From assembly GCA_036339735.1 (NCBI GenBank), contig JAYZAL010000053.1, positions 1 through 63,264 of the forward strand: DNA of 63,264 bases. Direction: 5' to 3'. The translations under genes and the position numbers were made by a program. The notes beneath the pieces were generated by a model that was given only the letters and a program-made list of their open reading frames with translations, made no database searches and had not been told where the DNA came from. Source of the DNA: Candidatus Poribacteria bacterium. Its GTDB lineage: Bacteria > Poribacteria > WGA-4E > UBA9662. The first letter of the stretch is position 1. The number at the start of each line of letters is the position of its first letter. Positions 49,969 through 59,349 of the stretch are shown piece by piece.

Positions 49969-51873
49969 ATGCATTTCTTCGAACCAGCGATGTTGACATT
50001 GTTGGTTTTGATACCATTGCTGATACTATTGTACTGGTTGCGACTCAAACGTTCTCGCTACAACGTGACAGCTTTGTTTTTATGGCCAGAACCTAGTCAA
50101 GTCACAAACGCTCGGTTTTCCTTTCAGCGATTCAAATCGTCTCCAACCTTAACGGTACAATTGCTTGTTTTAGCGTTACTGATTGCTAGTTTAGCTCGTC
50201 CTGCGTTTCGCCAATCTCGACTATTTTCGAAAGGTCAAGTGGCTATCATCGTTGACAACTCAGCTAGTATGGCAGGTTTAGTCGAGGTTGGTCGTGCCCA
50301 GACCCGCTTCGATTTAGCAAAAACTGTAGCACATCAGCTTGTTGACGAACTTGGTACAGAAAGCCAAATGGCAATCCTACAGCTTTCTAATACTAATCTG
50401 TTTTTTGACAGAAATGTCACATTTACTAACATGAAACAGCAACTTCGTCAAAATATTGGTCAATTAACTATTAAGCCCACCGAAATTGCCCCGCTATCGC
50501 TCCACCCTGATTTCTCACTAAACCAAGTTGTTTTCATTACGGATTACCATGACCCAGATCATGATTCTAACCCTTCGGTGCATAGAATCTATATCGGGCA
50601 AAGTATCGAAAATTTAGCAATCACTAAGATTGAATTAACCTCGGATCTACAGCGGAAGCCAACTGTCAGGGTTGAAGTAACCTGGTTCAATGATTTGCCC
50701 GATTTTAGCCGTGAACCGACGGTTGAACTCCAATTGCTGCTTAATGATGTTTGGTTTACTAGCCGCTTTCTCGATCGACTAGGGGGGCAAATCCAGAACA
50801 TTTTTTTCGATTTGTCGTCTATTCCCCCACAATCGCAGATCCTAACAGCAAAACTAAAAATTGAAGACGGCCTTTCTCTTGATAATTCAGCGAGCTTAAT
50901 CTTTCGCCCCCAAAATAGGCCAGAACTGGTATTAGTGAATAACCGATGGTCTTCTCCATTGAATGCCTTTTTAGCTACTCATCCAGAAATTAATTTAACA
51001 TTAGTGACTACAGATACTTACAACCCAAATTTTGGTGACATTATTGTTTTTGACCAGATTGTGCCCAAAGGGATTGAGATCGGTAACCCAACAAAACAAA
51101 ACTTGCTGTTCATTAACCCGAACAAAGATTTACCTTTTGCCAAAGTTTTAAGAAACAACGATTTAACTGTAATCGCAGATCAACAACAAAACCATCCTGT
51201 CATGAGTAAGGTACCGATTCTGGACCTGAAGATCCGCAATTCTACTCACTATCAGTTACCGGATTGGGCCACTATACTAGTTTCTGCAGTTTCCTCTAAT
51301 CAAGTTGCGATACCAGTCATTTGGGTAGGGGAGCAGCCAAATGGGCAGCGGGTTGGCCTAATCAGTTTTGATGCGTTTAACTTGCGTCAGAGCCGATTTC
51401 CATTGATGATCCCGGAGATGCCTTTAATGGTATCTCAACTGATAGAATGGTTGACTCCACCTCTTCACTTAGTTGAAGAAGCTAGTATTCAGACAGGAAA
51501 TAATATTCGACTGAATCAATACCTAACTAGTGGAAAAGTCAGCGTTCGTCAACCCAATGGAGTCATTGTGGATGTAACAAAACCAATTTTCAATCAAACT
51601 GACCAGATCGGTATTTACACTGTTTTATCTGATGGTCAGCTGATAGATAAGTTCACGGCCAATTTGCTTAGCCCAAACGAATCGAATTTATCTACGGGAA
51701 GAGAAATAAGTGATTATGAGATTCCACCGAAAAATACTAAAGCTACATTGGCTCAACTTTGGTCAGCAAAACCTACTTATGATTGGAATGAAATTTGGTC
51801 CTACCTTGTTGTACTAGCTACGATAGGACTATTAGTTGAATGGGTCATATCTCGCCATCGTGTCCAAATGTAA
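49969..51873 (+). CDS. BatA/vWA domain membrane-anchored protein
   Basis: BatA-like N-terminus (LIPLLILLYWLR...LALLIASLARP), MIDAS DNSASM, TRFDLAK, FITD, and a C-terminal TM ending in LLVEW. Confidence 0.85.
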   Translation: MHFFEPAMLTLLVLIPLLILLYWLRLKRSRYNVTALFLWPEPSQVTNARFSFQRFKSSPTLTVQLLVLALLIASLARPAFRQSRLFSKGQVAIIVDNSASMAGLVEVGRAQTRFDLAKTVAHQLVDELGTESQMAILQLSNTNLFFDRNVTFTNMKQQLRQNIGQLTIKPTEIAPLSLHPDFSLNQVVFITDYHDPDHDSNPSVHRIYIGQSIENLAITKIELTSDLQRKPTVRVEVTWFNDLPDFSREPTVELQLLLNDVWFTSRFLDRLGGQIQNIFFDLSSIPPQSQILTAKLKIEDGLSLDNSASLIFRPQNRPELVLVNNRWSSPLNAFLATHPEINLTLVTTDTYNPNFGDIIVFDQIVPKGIEIGNPTKQNLLFINPNKDLPFAKVLRNNDLTVIADQQQNHPVMSKVPILDLKIRNSTHYQLPDWATILVSAVSSNQVAIPVIWVGEQPNGQRVGLISFDAFNLRQSRFPLMIPEMPLMVSQLIEWLTPPLHLVEEASIQTGNNIRLNQYLTSGKVSVRQPNGVIVDVTKPIFNQTDQIGIYTVLSDGQLIDKFTANLLSPNESNLSTGREISDYEIPPKNTKATLAQLWSAKPTYDWNEIWSYLVVLATIGLLVEWVISRHRVQM

Positions 51874-51917
51874 AGTTATAAACTTGGGAAACGGCCAAAA
51901 AACACTATGGATGACTT

Positions 51918-52562
51918 ATGAAGCAGCTTGACCCCTTAAATGGATTAATCATTGGTCTGACTGGTGGTATTGCATGCGGGAAATCGACGGTAACCCAACT
52001 ATTGCAGAGAAGAGGGGCTGATATAATTGACTTGGATCAAATTGGGCACGAGTTGTTGAAGGCTAACAGCCCGGTAATGAAACAATTACTCAAGACTTTT
52101 GGCCCCGAGGTCTTAGATTTATCCGGCGATGTGAATAGAACTAAGTTAGGAAAGATTGTATTTGCTGACCCATTGGCTCGCCAGCAATTGAACGATATAG
52201 TTCATCCCGAAATCCACCGGATTTCACGTCAATTAGCTCAATCGAAAGTCAAAAATCAAGCTGATAGCATAGTAGTGATCGAGTCTCCGTTATTAATTGA
52301 ATCAGGAGGGTATCGTAGTGTTGATTATGTTGTGCTGGTGTCTGCTACTCCCGATCAGCAAATAGTGCGGTTGATGAAACGTAGTCTGGAACAAAATAAA
52401 ACAATGACCCAGTTGGATGCTGAAAAACGACTAGCTGCCCAAATGTCTCTAAAGGAGAAAATGGCTTACGCCGATTATATAGTCGATAATCAAGGTGATC
52501 TGACTGAGCTTGGGAAACAAGTTGATCAACTTTGGTTGATATTGACTAATTTGAATTCTTAA
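51918..52562 (+). CDS. coaE: Dephospho-CoA kinase
   Basis: IGLTGGIACGKSTV, LGKIVFAD, LNDIVHPEI, PLLIES, RLAAQM, ADYIVDN. Confidence 0.96.
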   Translation: MKQLDPLNGLIIGLTGGIACGKSTVTQLLQRRGADIIDLDQIGHELLKANSPVMKQLLKTFGPEVLDLSGDVNRTKLGKIVFADPLARQQLNDIVHPEIHRISRQLAQSKVKNQADSIVVIESPLLIESGGYRSVDYVVLVSATPDQQIVRLMKRSLEQNKTMTQLDAEKRLAAQMSLKEKMAYADYIVDNQGDLTELGKQVDQLWLILTNLNS

Positions 52563-52664
52563 GTTTCTATCATATAGTTTTTCTTGAGCTTTTTAGCTAA
52601 AAATAGACAGCTAATAATCTGATTTCTCATTCTTTGCTTCTATATAAATACTTTTTATTAATCA

Positions 52665-52680
52665 TGGCATATAGTTTGCA
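52665..52680 (+). promoter_or_regulatory. Putative sigma54 (-24/-12) promoter
   Basis: TGGCAT-ATAGT-TTGCA matches TGGCAC-N5-TTGCW with exact GG-N10-GC spacing and an AT-rich upstream region. Confidence 0.55.
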
Positions 52681-52717
52681 AAGTGTGTTCTAAGGCTAGA
52701 ATACACTTTGCAAGCTA
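52672..52717. repeat. 21-bp near-perfect inverted repeat (operator/cruciform/hairpin)
   Basis: TAGTTTGCAAAGTGTGTTCTA-AGGC-TAGAATACACTTTGCAAGCTA; only two G.T mismatches. Confidence 0.9.
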
Positions 52718-52835
52718 AGACGTTTGTGCTAAACTGGGGGAGTTTCCAATATGGATTTAACTGCTGTTAGTTATACGACAAGGTTAAGCATAATATTGGA
52801 ACACGAACCGATTTTAATCACAAGGAGATAAATCC

Positions 52836-53162
52836 ATGAGACCAGTTAGTCTGTGCCTTCTGCTAATTGTTAGCCTAGTTATATTTGGGTGTGCTGCCAA
52901 AAATACAGCAACAGTTTCTGAGGCGGATAAAACTCCCGTCGCCCAGACGGTAACTTTGAAGGTTGATGGCATTAAGTGTGGGAGCTGTACTACAGCCATT
53001 CAAACCGAACTAGCTAGTGTTGACGGCGTTTCTGAAGCTACTTTGGCTGACAGTACCGCAACCGTTGTAGGTACTGCGAACTCTGCGGATCTGATTAAAG
53101 CCGTAGGAAGTGCGAAAAGCTGTTGTCCTGCAGAATTTTCCGCCGAAGTTGTATCAAAATAG
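52836..53162 (+). CDS. Heavy-metal-associated (HMA, CopZ/MerP-like) lipoprotein
   Basis: Lipobox IFGC after a hydrophobic signal; LKVDGIKCGSC metal motif; AAGGAG RBS. Confidence 0.88.
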   Translation: MRPVSLCLLLIVSLVIFGCAAKNTATVSEADKTPVAQTVTLKVDGIKCGSCTTAIQTELASVDGVSEATLADSTATVVGTANSADLIKAVGSAKSCCPAEFSAEVVSK

Positions 53163-53168
53163 TTAAAT

Positions 53169-53214
53169 AGGTCTGATTGGTCATATTAATCTGATCAGGC
53201 CTCCTTTCTTTGTT
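53169..53214 (+). terminator. Putative intrinsic terminator
   Basis: AGGTCTGATTGG-N10-CTGATCAGGCCT stem followed by a T-rich tail, right after the HMA stop. Confidence 0.55.
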
Positions 53215-53290
53215 CCCAATTCCTACATTCTTGTTTAAAAATAGCTTGATATTTTCGGTTCTTTCTAAAGTATTCCTCCACACCTCATAC

Positions 53291-53319
53291 TTGACTAGCG
53301 TAAGTTCCAACCTTATAAT
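53291..53319 (+). promoter_or_regulatory. Sigma70 promoter for the PhyH-pyrD-pyrB-PhyH operon
   Basis: TTGACT-N17-TATAAT, followed by a GAGGA RBS and ATG 53353. Confidence 0.7.
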
Positions 53320-53352
53320 TGGCGAGATCTAACTTGGTGAGGAATTCGGCAG

Positions 53353-54156
53353 ATGCAAAATCAGAACCTAAGCCTTTCATCTTCGCTTGCTGGCCAATAC
53401 AAAGCTGACGGTTTTGTAGTTTGCCAAGACCCAATTATACCGACTGAAGTTGTGCGCAAAGCCAGTTGGGGTATGGATGAAATACGAGCTGGTCGTTATG
53501 AAACGGGGCACCCACCCCAACCATCCCCTTGGCAACCAGGCGACAGCCATGAGAAGTTATGCAAAATTGAGATGCCTCAAATTGCTAACACCGCCATCAT
53601 GAATTTAATAACTTATCCTACTATCGGCCAGATTGCCGCCGAAATTACGGGAGCAGAAATGGTTCAAGTTTGGTGGGTACAGCTATTAGGCAAGCCACCT
53701 GTTTCAAAAAAGGAAAAGACAAATATAGGATGGCATCAAGACCGTACTTACTGGCAGGTTTGGGAGGAAGGTAGCCCATTGCTAACAGCTTGGGTAGCAG
53801 TCAGCGATGTAACTGAGAAAGACGGTCCGATGCGTTTTGTTAAAGGTTCTCATCATTGGGGCTTTTTGGAAAATCAAGGTGATTTCTATGGCCAAGATCA
53901 CCAGCAACAACAATCTGAGATCAAACAGCGACAAAAGAGTGAGTGGGAAGAAATATCGGTGACTATTCCCGCAGGTGGTGTGAGTTTTCACAATTGCCTG
54001 ACCTATCACGCTAGCGGATCTAACCTATCATCAAATCTCAGACGCAGCTTCGCCATTCATCTTCGAACTGAAAAAGCTAAACCCGTAGATAATCGGCGTA
54101 TTGGCCTGACTCAGTTCATCGACAACCTTGACTATTGCCCAATTATTTACGGATAA
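53353..54156 (+). CDS. PhyH family dioxygenase
   Basis: YKADGFVV, LLGKPP, WHQDRTYW, WVAVSD, GPMRFVKGSH, FHNCLTYHAS, RRS. Confidence 0.93.
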   Translation: MQNQNLSLSSSLAGQYKADGFVVCQDPIIPTEVVRKASWGMDEIRAGRYETGHPPQPSPWQPGDSHEKLCKIEMPQIANTAIMNLITYPTIGQIAAEITGAEMVQVWWVQLLGKPPVSKKEKTNIGWHQDRTYWQVWEEGSPLLTAWVAVSDVTEKDGPMRFVKGSHHWGFLENQGDFYGQDHQQQQSEIKQRQKSEWEEISVTIPAGGVSFHNCLTYHASGSNLSSNLRRSFAIHLRTEKAKPVDNRRIGLTQFIDNLDYCPIIYG

Positions 54157-54176
54157 ATTCAGAGTAGCTGACCCGA

Positions 54177-55124
54177 ATGAATAATCTTTCCAACACTTCA
54201 GATTCACATCCAGTAGATCGGCTACAGGTTAATTTAGCCGGTATTCGAATGCGAAATCCAGTAATGACGGCTTCAGGAACATTTGGCTATGGAAGCGAGT
54301 ATGAAGATTTTGTTGATCTAAATAAGTTGGGGGCAATAGTAGTAAAAGGCATAACGAGTGAACCCTGGCCAGGCAACCCGATGGAGCGTATTGCTGAAAC
54401 ACCTTCTGGAATGTTAAATGCCATAGGTTTGCAAAACGTTGGCGTAGATGATTTCATTCAGCAGAAGCTTCCCTATCTGAAAGACTACGATGTACCAGTA
54501 ATTGCAAATGTATGTGGAAGATATGATTCTGAGTATATGGAAGTCGTTGACAAGCTATCTGCTACCAACCAAATCGCTGGTATTGAACTTAATATTTCTT
54601 GTCCTAATCTCAAATGTGGCGGCTTAAGTTTTGGGTTAGAACCAACACTTACAGCCAAACTTGTTAATCAAGTACGTCAGATAACCAAACTACCACTTCT
54701 TGTTAAGTTGTCTCCGAATGTAACAGACATTAGTAAGATTGCTATAGCCGCTAGTGATAACGGAGCCGATGGATTATCAGCTATTAATACCTTGCTGGGT
54801 ATGGGTATTGATATAAAAACTCGTCGTCCGCTTTTAGCCAATATCACTGGTGGTCTATCCGGTCCTGCTATCAAGCCTGTAGCGTTACGCTTAGTGTGGC
54901 AAGTTTACAATTCAGTACAAATTCCTATTATTGGTATGGGTGGGATCACAAATGGAAATGACGCTCTTGAGTTCATAATTGCTGGTGCTAGTGCTGTCGC
55001 TATTGGCACAGCTAATTTTGTGAACCCCCGCGCAAGTATGGAAATTATTGATCAACTAAGCACGTATTTAATGCAACAAGATATAGGTTCTATTAATGAC
55101 CTAGTTGGCGTGTTGGAGACATAA
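54177..55124 (+). CDS. pyrD: Dihydroorotate dehydrogenase, class 1B catalytic subunit
   Basis: NPVMTASGTFG, GMLNAIGLQN, ELNISCPN, KLSPNV, GGLSGPAIKP, IIGMGGI. Confidence 0.96.
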   Translation: MNNLSNTSDSHPVDRLQVNLAGIRMRNPVMTASGTFGYGSEYEDFVDLNKLGAIVVKGITSEPWPGNPMERIAETPSGMLNAIGLQNVGVDDFIQQKLPYLKDYDVPVIANVCGRYDSEYMEVVDKLSATNQIAGIELNISCPNLKCGGLSFGLEPTLTAKLVNQVRQITKLPLLVKLSPNVTDISKIAIAASDNGADGLSAINTLLGMGIDIKTRRPLLANITGGLSGPAIKPVALRLVWQVYNSVQIPIIGMGGITNGNDALEFIIAGASAVAIGTANFVNPRASMEIIDQLSTYLMQQDIGSINDLVGVLET

Positions 55125-55130
55125 AATATA

Positions 55131-56201
55131 TTGAGACATTTTGTATCTACTGACGATTTTTCAAACTTTGAGATTCAACAACTCTTTCGTTTATCCGACC
55201 AGATGAAATCTAATTTAGCTACTTGGTCGGGTTTTTGCGCAGGAAAAGTACTAGCCACTTTGTTCTTTGAACCCAGTACTCGAACGCGTCTTTCTTTTGA
55301 AAGTGCCATGGCTCGATTGGATGGTAGGACTTTGGGATTCACCGACCCTTCAGCTTCCTCTGTAGCTAAAGGGGAAACCTTAGCTGATACGACAAGAATG
55401 GTTTCGAATTACGCCGACTTGATTGTTGTTAGGCATCATTTAGCTGGAGCTGCACAAGTTATGGCTGATTACGCCAGCGTACCAGTCATTAATGGTGGAG
55501 ATGGAGCGCATTCACATCCAACTCAAGCGTTAATAGATCTTTACACAATTCAAAACCGAAAAGGTAATGTGGCCGATTTAACCATTGGTATTTGTGGTGA
55601 TTTACGATATTCTCGATCCGCACATTCATTGTCAAAATTGATAGCGCGATTCGGTGGCCGACAAATTCATGTCGCACCTGATGGTTTCCATATGCCTAAT
55701 TGGATTTTGAACCGGATCCAAAAACAACACAGTCAAAAACCAGTTATTGTCGAACACTTACCGGAAATCATTAATCAGTTAGATGTAATTTATGTAAATC
55801 GATTACAAGAAGAGCGACTTCCATCTGAAATAGATCCAATTAAAGCTAGAACAAGCTACCAGCTCAATGCAGAAATTATGAAAGCAGCTAAAGATTCAGC
55901 GATCATAATGCATCCACTACCTCGAGTCAATGAGCTTGCACTAGAACTGGATGAGGATCCTAGAGCCGCTTACTTTGAGCAATCTTCGAATGGTGTACCA
56001 CTTAGAATGGCTTTGATCGCTAGCCTACAAGGATTAGAGCACTTAGTTTTGACTGACCCTCCATTGCTTCGTATGAGCAAAAAGCAAACTGACCTTGTAT
56101 GTAAAAACGATAACTGTATTATCTCCGCTGAAAACTACATTGTAAATGAGATTAAACAAAATGATGCGTGTATTTACTGTGAAACAATAATAAAAACATA
56201 G
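55131..56201 (+). CDS. pyrB: Aspartate carbamoyltransferase catalytic subunit with C-terminal PyrI-like zinc-binding extension
   Basis: FFEPSTRTRLSFE, KGETLADT, HPTQAL, GDLRYSR, RLQEER, MHPLPR; tail CKNDNC...CIYCE. Confidence 0.95.
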   Translation: MRHFVSTDDFSNFEIQQLFRLSDQMKSNLATWSGFCAGKVLATLFFEPSTRTRLSFESAMARLDGRTLGFTDPSASSVAKGETLADTTRMVSNYADLIVVRHHLAGAAQVMADYASVPVINGGDGAHSHPTQALIDLYTIQNRKGNVADLTIGICGDLRYSRSAHSLSKLIARFGGRQIHVAPDGFHMPNWILNRIQKQHSQKPVIVEHLPEIINQLDVIYVNRLQEERLPSEIDPIKARTSYQLNAEIMKAAKDSAIIMHPLPRVNELALELDEDPRAAYFEQSSNGVPLRMALIASLQGLEHLVLTDPPLLRMSKKQTDLVCKNDNCIISAENYIVNEIKQNDACIYCETIIKT

Positions 56202-56230
56202 ATGCAAAAATCAAATAACTAGAGGAACCA

Positions 56231-57031
56231 ATGATCACTTCAGAACAAGCTAACTTTTTTTGGCAACACGGATACTTACACATAACAAAAGTTTTCACTG
56301 ATGATGAGATCGATCAAATGGCAAATGATCTAGATTGGTTAATTGAAACCTGGGCACATAAGACGCCAGGCTGGTCTGGTCCTTGGCGAAAGGATTATAT
56401 GGACGAGGAAACAGAAAAGCAATCTAAACTGATAGCCATGCACGATCTGTACTTTTATTCCGAGTCATGGATGAAGGCGGTAACCAATTCAGGACTATGT
56501 GATGCCATGTCATCCCTTTTGGGGCCCAGAGTTGAGCTTCATCACAGTACCATGCACGTCAAGCCACCAGAGACTGGCCACCCCTTTCCTATGCACCAAG
56601 ACTGGGCTTTTTACAAGCATCAAGACAATAGGTATATAGATGTACTGGTACACCTTGATGATACTTGTCATCAAAACGGAGAGATTCGTTTTCTAGACGC
56701 TTCTCACAAAAATGGGGCATTACCCCATATCACAAATAACCCTGACGGTAGCGCATGCACGCCACACTTACCGACTGATCAGTATAAGTTGGAGAATACG
56801 GTGCCTGTGCCTGCAAAAAGGGGTGATGTAGTTTGTTTCAGCTTGCATACCATTCATGGTTCATACATTAACCAAACTGAAGTTAATCGACGAATTGTGC
56901 GGTTTGGTTACCGACATCCTGAGAACCAACAAACCGGTGGACAAAGCCTTGGTCGTCCTGGCTTAATGGTAAGAGGTAATCGACAGCGTCAGGGGGGACA
57001 AGAACTGTTTTCTAATTCTGGCCCTAAGTAA
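56231..57031 (+). CDS. PhyH family dioxygenase
   Basis: FWQHGYL, HVKPP, MHQDWAFY, VHLDD, NGEIRF, HTIHGS, RR. Confidence 0.92.
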   Translation: MITSEQANFFWQHGYLHITKVFTDDEIDQMANDLDWLIETWAHKTPGWSGPWRKDYMDEETEKQSKLIAMHDLYFYSESWMKAVTNSGLCDAMSSLLGPRVELHHSTMHVKPPETGHPFPMHQDWAFYKHQDNRYIDVLVHLDDTCHQNGEIRFLDASHKNGALPHITNNPDGSACTPHLPTDQYKLENTVPVPAKRGDVVCFSLHTIHGSYINQTEVNRRIVRFGYRHPENQQTGGQSLGRPGLMVRGNRQRQGGQELFSNSGPK

Positions 57032-57173
57032 TTACTCCTTCCGAAAGCAACAAATTACCCAGACGTGGTTTTCCGATAAGGATAGGGTAAACACAATAAT
57101 AAATCCCCAACTAAGACCGAGAAATTATTGTAGAGCTGGAATAAAATACTAATCATTCACAACGGGTATGTTT

Positions 57174-57956
57174 TTACATTTCGACAATTTGGCGCATCCG
57201 TTTAGCTATGTCAATTTGGGTTGGAATATCACCATCAACTTCGTGGATGACGGAATCTTGGTAGCCAATTCGGCGAAGCTCCTCCATGACGATGGACCAA
57301 TTCGTGTCTCCATCTAGTAAGTTAACAAAACGATGCTCTCTTCTATTAAAGTCTTTGAAGTGAACTCGTTTAATACGAGAACCAAGCTCACGGATCCAAT
57401 GTTCCGGATAACCATAAGCCATCATATTAGCCGTATCCAAATATGCGCCAACCCAAGGAGAAGATATTTCATCGATGATTTCTCGCATCTCTTTGGGGCT
57501 TAGTAGAAACTTATTCCATACATTTTCCAGACTAATTGCGACGTTCTTACTTTTGGCTAAATAGACTAAATCTTTCAAAGCGACGACTAAATTATTCCAT
57601 ACCTGTTGATAGGTTCCTTCAACGGCTAGTTGTCCTGGATGAACCAATATTGCGCCAACCTCCATTATTCCTGCGATTTCTATATTACTCACAAGGGATT
57701 CTTTGGCGGATTGGCGTTCGTTGTCATCGAGCGATAACAAATTTCCTTTTAAACCTGCTAAACTACTAATTTCAATATTAGCGGTGGAAAATTTTCTTGC
57801 GATTGTTTTAAACTCATCTTCACTCAATTCTGGATGACAGTCAGTTCCATCTCTTAGGGTTAGTTCGACAGCCTCGTAACCAGCATTCTTGCATAATTCG
57901 ATTGTGTCATTAACGGAAATATTGCCCAGAATAATTTGTGTAATACCAATTTTCAT
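57174..57956 (-). CDS. Sugar phosphate isomerase/epimerase (xylose isomerase-like TIM barrel)
   Basis: AGYEAVEL, LENVWNKFL, YLDTAN, VHFKDF, GDTNW, IHE. Confidence 0.9.
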   Translation of the reverse strand: MKIGITQIILGNISVNDTIELCKNAGYEAVELTLRDGTDCHPELSEDEFKTIARKFSTANIEISSLAGLKGNLLSLDDNERQSAKESLVSNIEIAGIMEVGAILVHPGQLAVEGTYQQVWNNLVVALKDLVYLAKSKNVAISLENVWNKFLLSPKEMREIIDEISSPWVGAYLDTANMMAYGYPEHWIRELGSRIKRVHFKDFNRREHRFVNLLDGDTNWSIVMEELRRIGYQDSVIHEVDGDIPTQIDIAKRMRQIVEM

Positions 57957-57994
57957 AATTACTGTTTTAACTACCTCATCTGTAATTTAATTTA

Positions 57995-58600
57995 TCAACC
58001 AAAATTTTCCATTTCTTTTAAATAAGACTGGATAACCAACGGATCCCCCATCATTCCCGACATAACTGCAACACCAAATGCCCCAACTCGTTGGCAACGT
58101 ACAATATTTCTGGGCTTAATACCACCAAGAGCAAAAACTGGAATATCAATCATTTCTGACACACGAGCTAAGTCATAAAGACCAACAGTATGACCAGGTT
58201 TACTTAATGTCGGAAATATAGGACTGTAAGTTATAAAATCAGCTCCCTCAGCAGCTTGTTGTTGAGCTTCAGCTAAATTATGCGCTGAGCTACCTACCAG
58301 CAATCCAGTAGATTTTGCTCTTCGAATCTGGTTTGTCAGTTGTGCCGGCAGATGCACACCATCAACTCGCATTTTAGCCGCTAATTGCCAGCGAGAATTG
58401 ATAAATAAATGAGTTTGGTAATCGACCATCATTCGTTGAGTTAAATCAGCTAGCTGCTTAAAGTCCTCATCGGATAATGATTTCTCTCGGAGTTGAATTG
58501 CTGGCACACCTAGACCTAGCAGATACCGAATTTGCTCCAACAATGGTGTTGGGTAGCAGCTAGATTGATCTGTGATCGCATACAACCGAAAATTGATCAG
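57995..58600 (-). CDS. Thiamine-phosphate synthase/TenI family protein
   Basis: LYAITD, QLREK, DGVHL, GSSAHN, SPIFPTLSK, PVFALGGI. It has NS instead of ND and HLPA instead of HLGQ, so it may be TenI-like. Start is either CTG 58600 or GTG 58624. Confidence 0.85.
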   Translation of the reverse strand: MINFRLYAITDQSSCYPTPLLEQIRYLLGLGVPAIQLREKSLSDEDFKQLADLTQRMMVDYQTHLFINSRWQLAAKMRVDGVHLPAQLTNQIRRAKSTGLLVGSSAHNLAEAQQQAAEGADFITYSPIFPTLSKPGHTVGLYDLARVSEMIDIPVFALGGIKPRNIVRCQRVGAFGVAVMSGMMGDPLVIQSYLKEMENFG

Positions 58601-59349
58601 TCGAGTCCCTCCCAGTATTTCCACATATTTTCAGAGAAATCGTATCGGATTTCGTTGAAGTTTTTCCTTCTTAGTCGAGCAATGCAAGCAATCCGAATAT
58701 TACGACTCACATTATGGCCTGCGGTATGAGTCATTAAACCATGCCAAAGGCAAACATCTCCCGCTTGCCCAGTAAACTCGTACCCACTTCCCATATCAAA
58801 TGGAGCCACTCCTCCAGGCAAGCAATCTACATCGTGATAGCGAAAGAACTCAGCCCAGACTCGGTGGCTACCAGGCCACACAGTAAAACCACCTCCCATC
58901 TTTTCTACATCATCCAAATATACAGTAGCTCCAAGCGTAAAATGACCCACTGTTCCTTTTGGTACACCATTATGAGGTGTGTGATATCCATCTAAATGAC
59001 CATTTGGGGGTGGGTTCCATTTTCCTTCTCTAGGGAAATTGACGTGTGGACCGGCACCACCGTCAGGATGAAGTTGATCTTTACCTACTAGCTCCTCTGC
59101 CATGGCGAAAATAGGATCTTGGTAAATTAGGCCCTTAATTTCAGATTCATTTCCACATTGTACTGTTCGATATCCATTTCCCATCCATGTCTCCGGTTGC
59201 CCTCGCTGAATTTCTGGGTTCATCTGATTCATATGCTCCCAGAATACATTCTGCGCACTTGCCACAATTTTTGGATCGATCGCTTGCCTAATCTCCAAAA
59301 AGCCATTTTCCTTAAAAAATGCTTTGTCCTCACTTGTCAAGTAAGGCAT
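58597..59349 (-). CDS. PhyH family dioxygenase
   Basis: FFKENGF, GHLDGYH, GGFTVWPGSH, AGDVCLWHGLMTH. Start placed at ATG 59349 (MPYLT). Confidence 0.88.
   Translation of the reverse strand: MPYLTSEDKAFFKENGFLEIRQAIDPKIVASAQNVFWEHMNQMNPEIQRGQPETWMGNGYRTVQCGNESEIKGLIYQDPIFAMAEELVGKDQLHPDGGAGPHVNFPREGKWNPPPNGHLDGYHTPHNGVPKGTVGHFTLGATVYLDDVEKMGGGFTVWPGSHRVWAEFFRYHDVDCLPGGVAPFDMGSGYEFTGQAGDVCLWHGLMTHTAGHNVSRNIRIACIARLRRKNFNEIRYDFSENMWKYWEGLD

Noticed and set aside
52960-52990. Possible selenocysteine in the HMA metal motif
   Set aside because: Both positions are TGT (Cys); there is no in-frame TGA.
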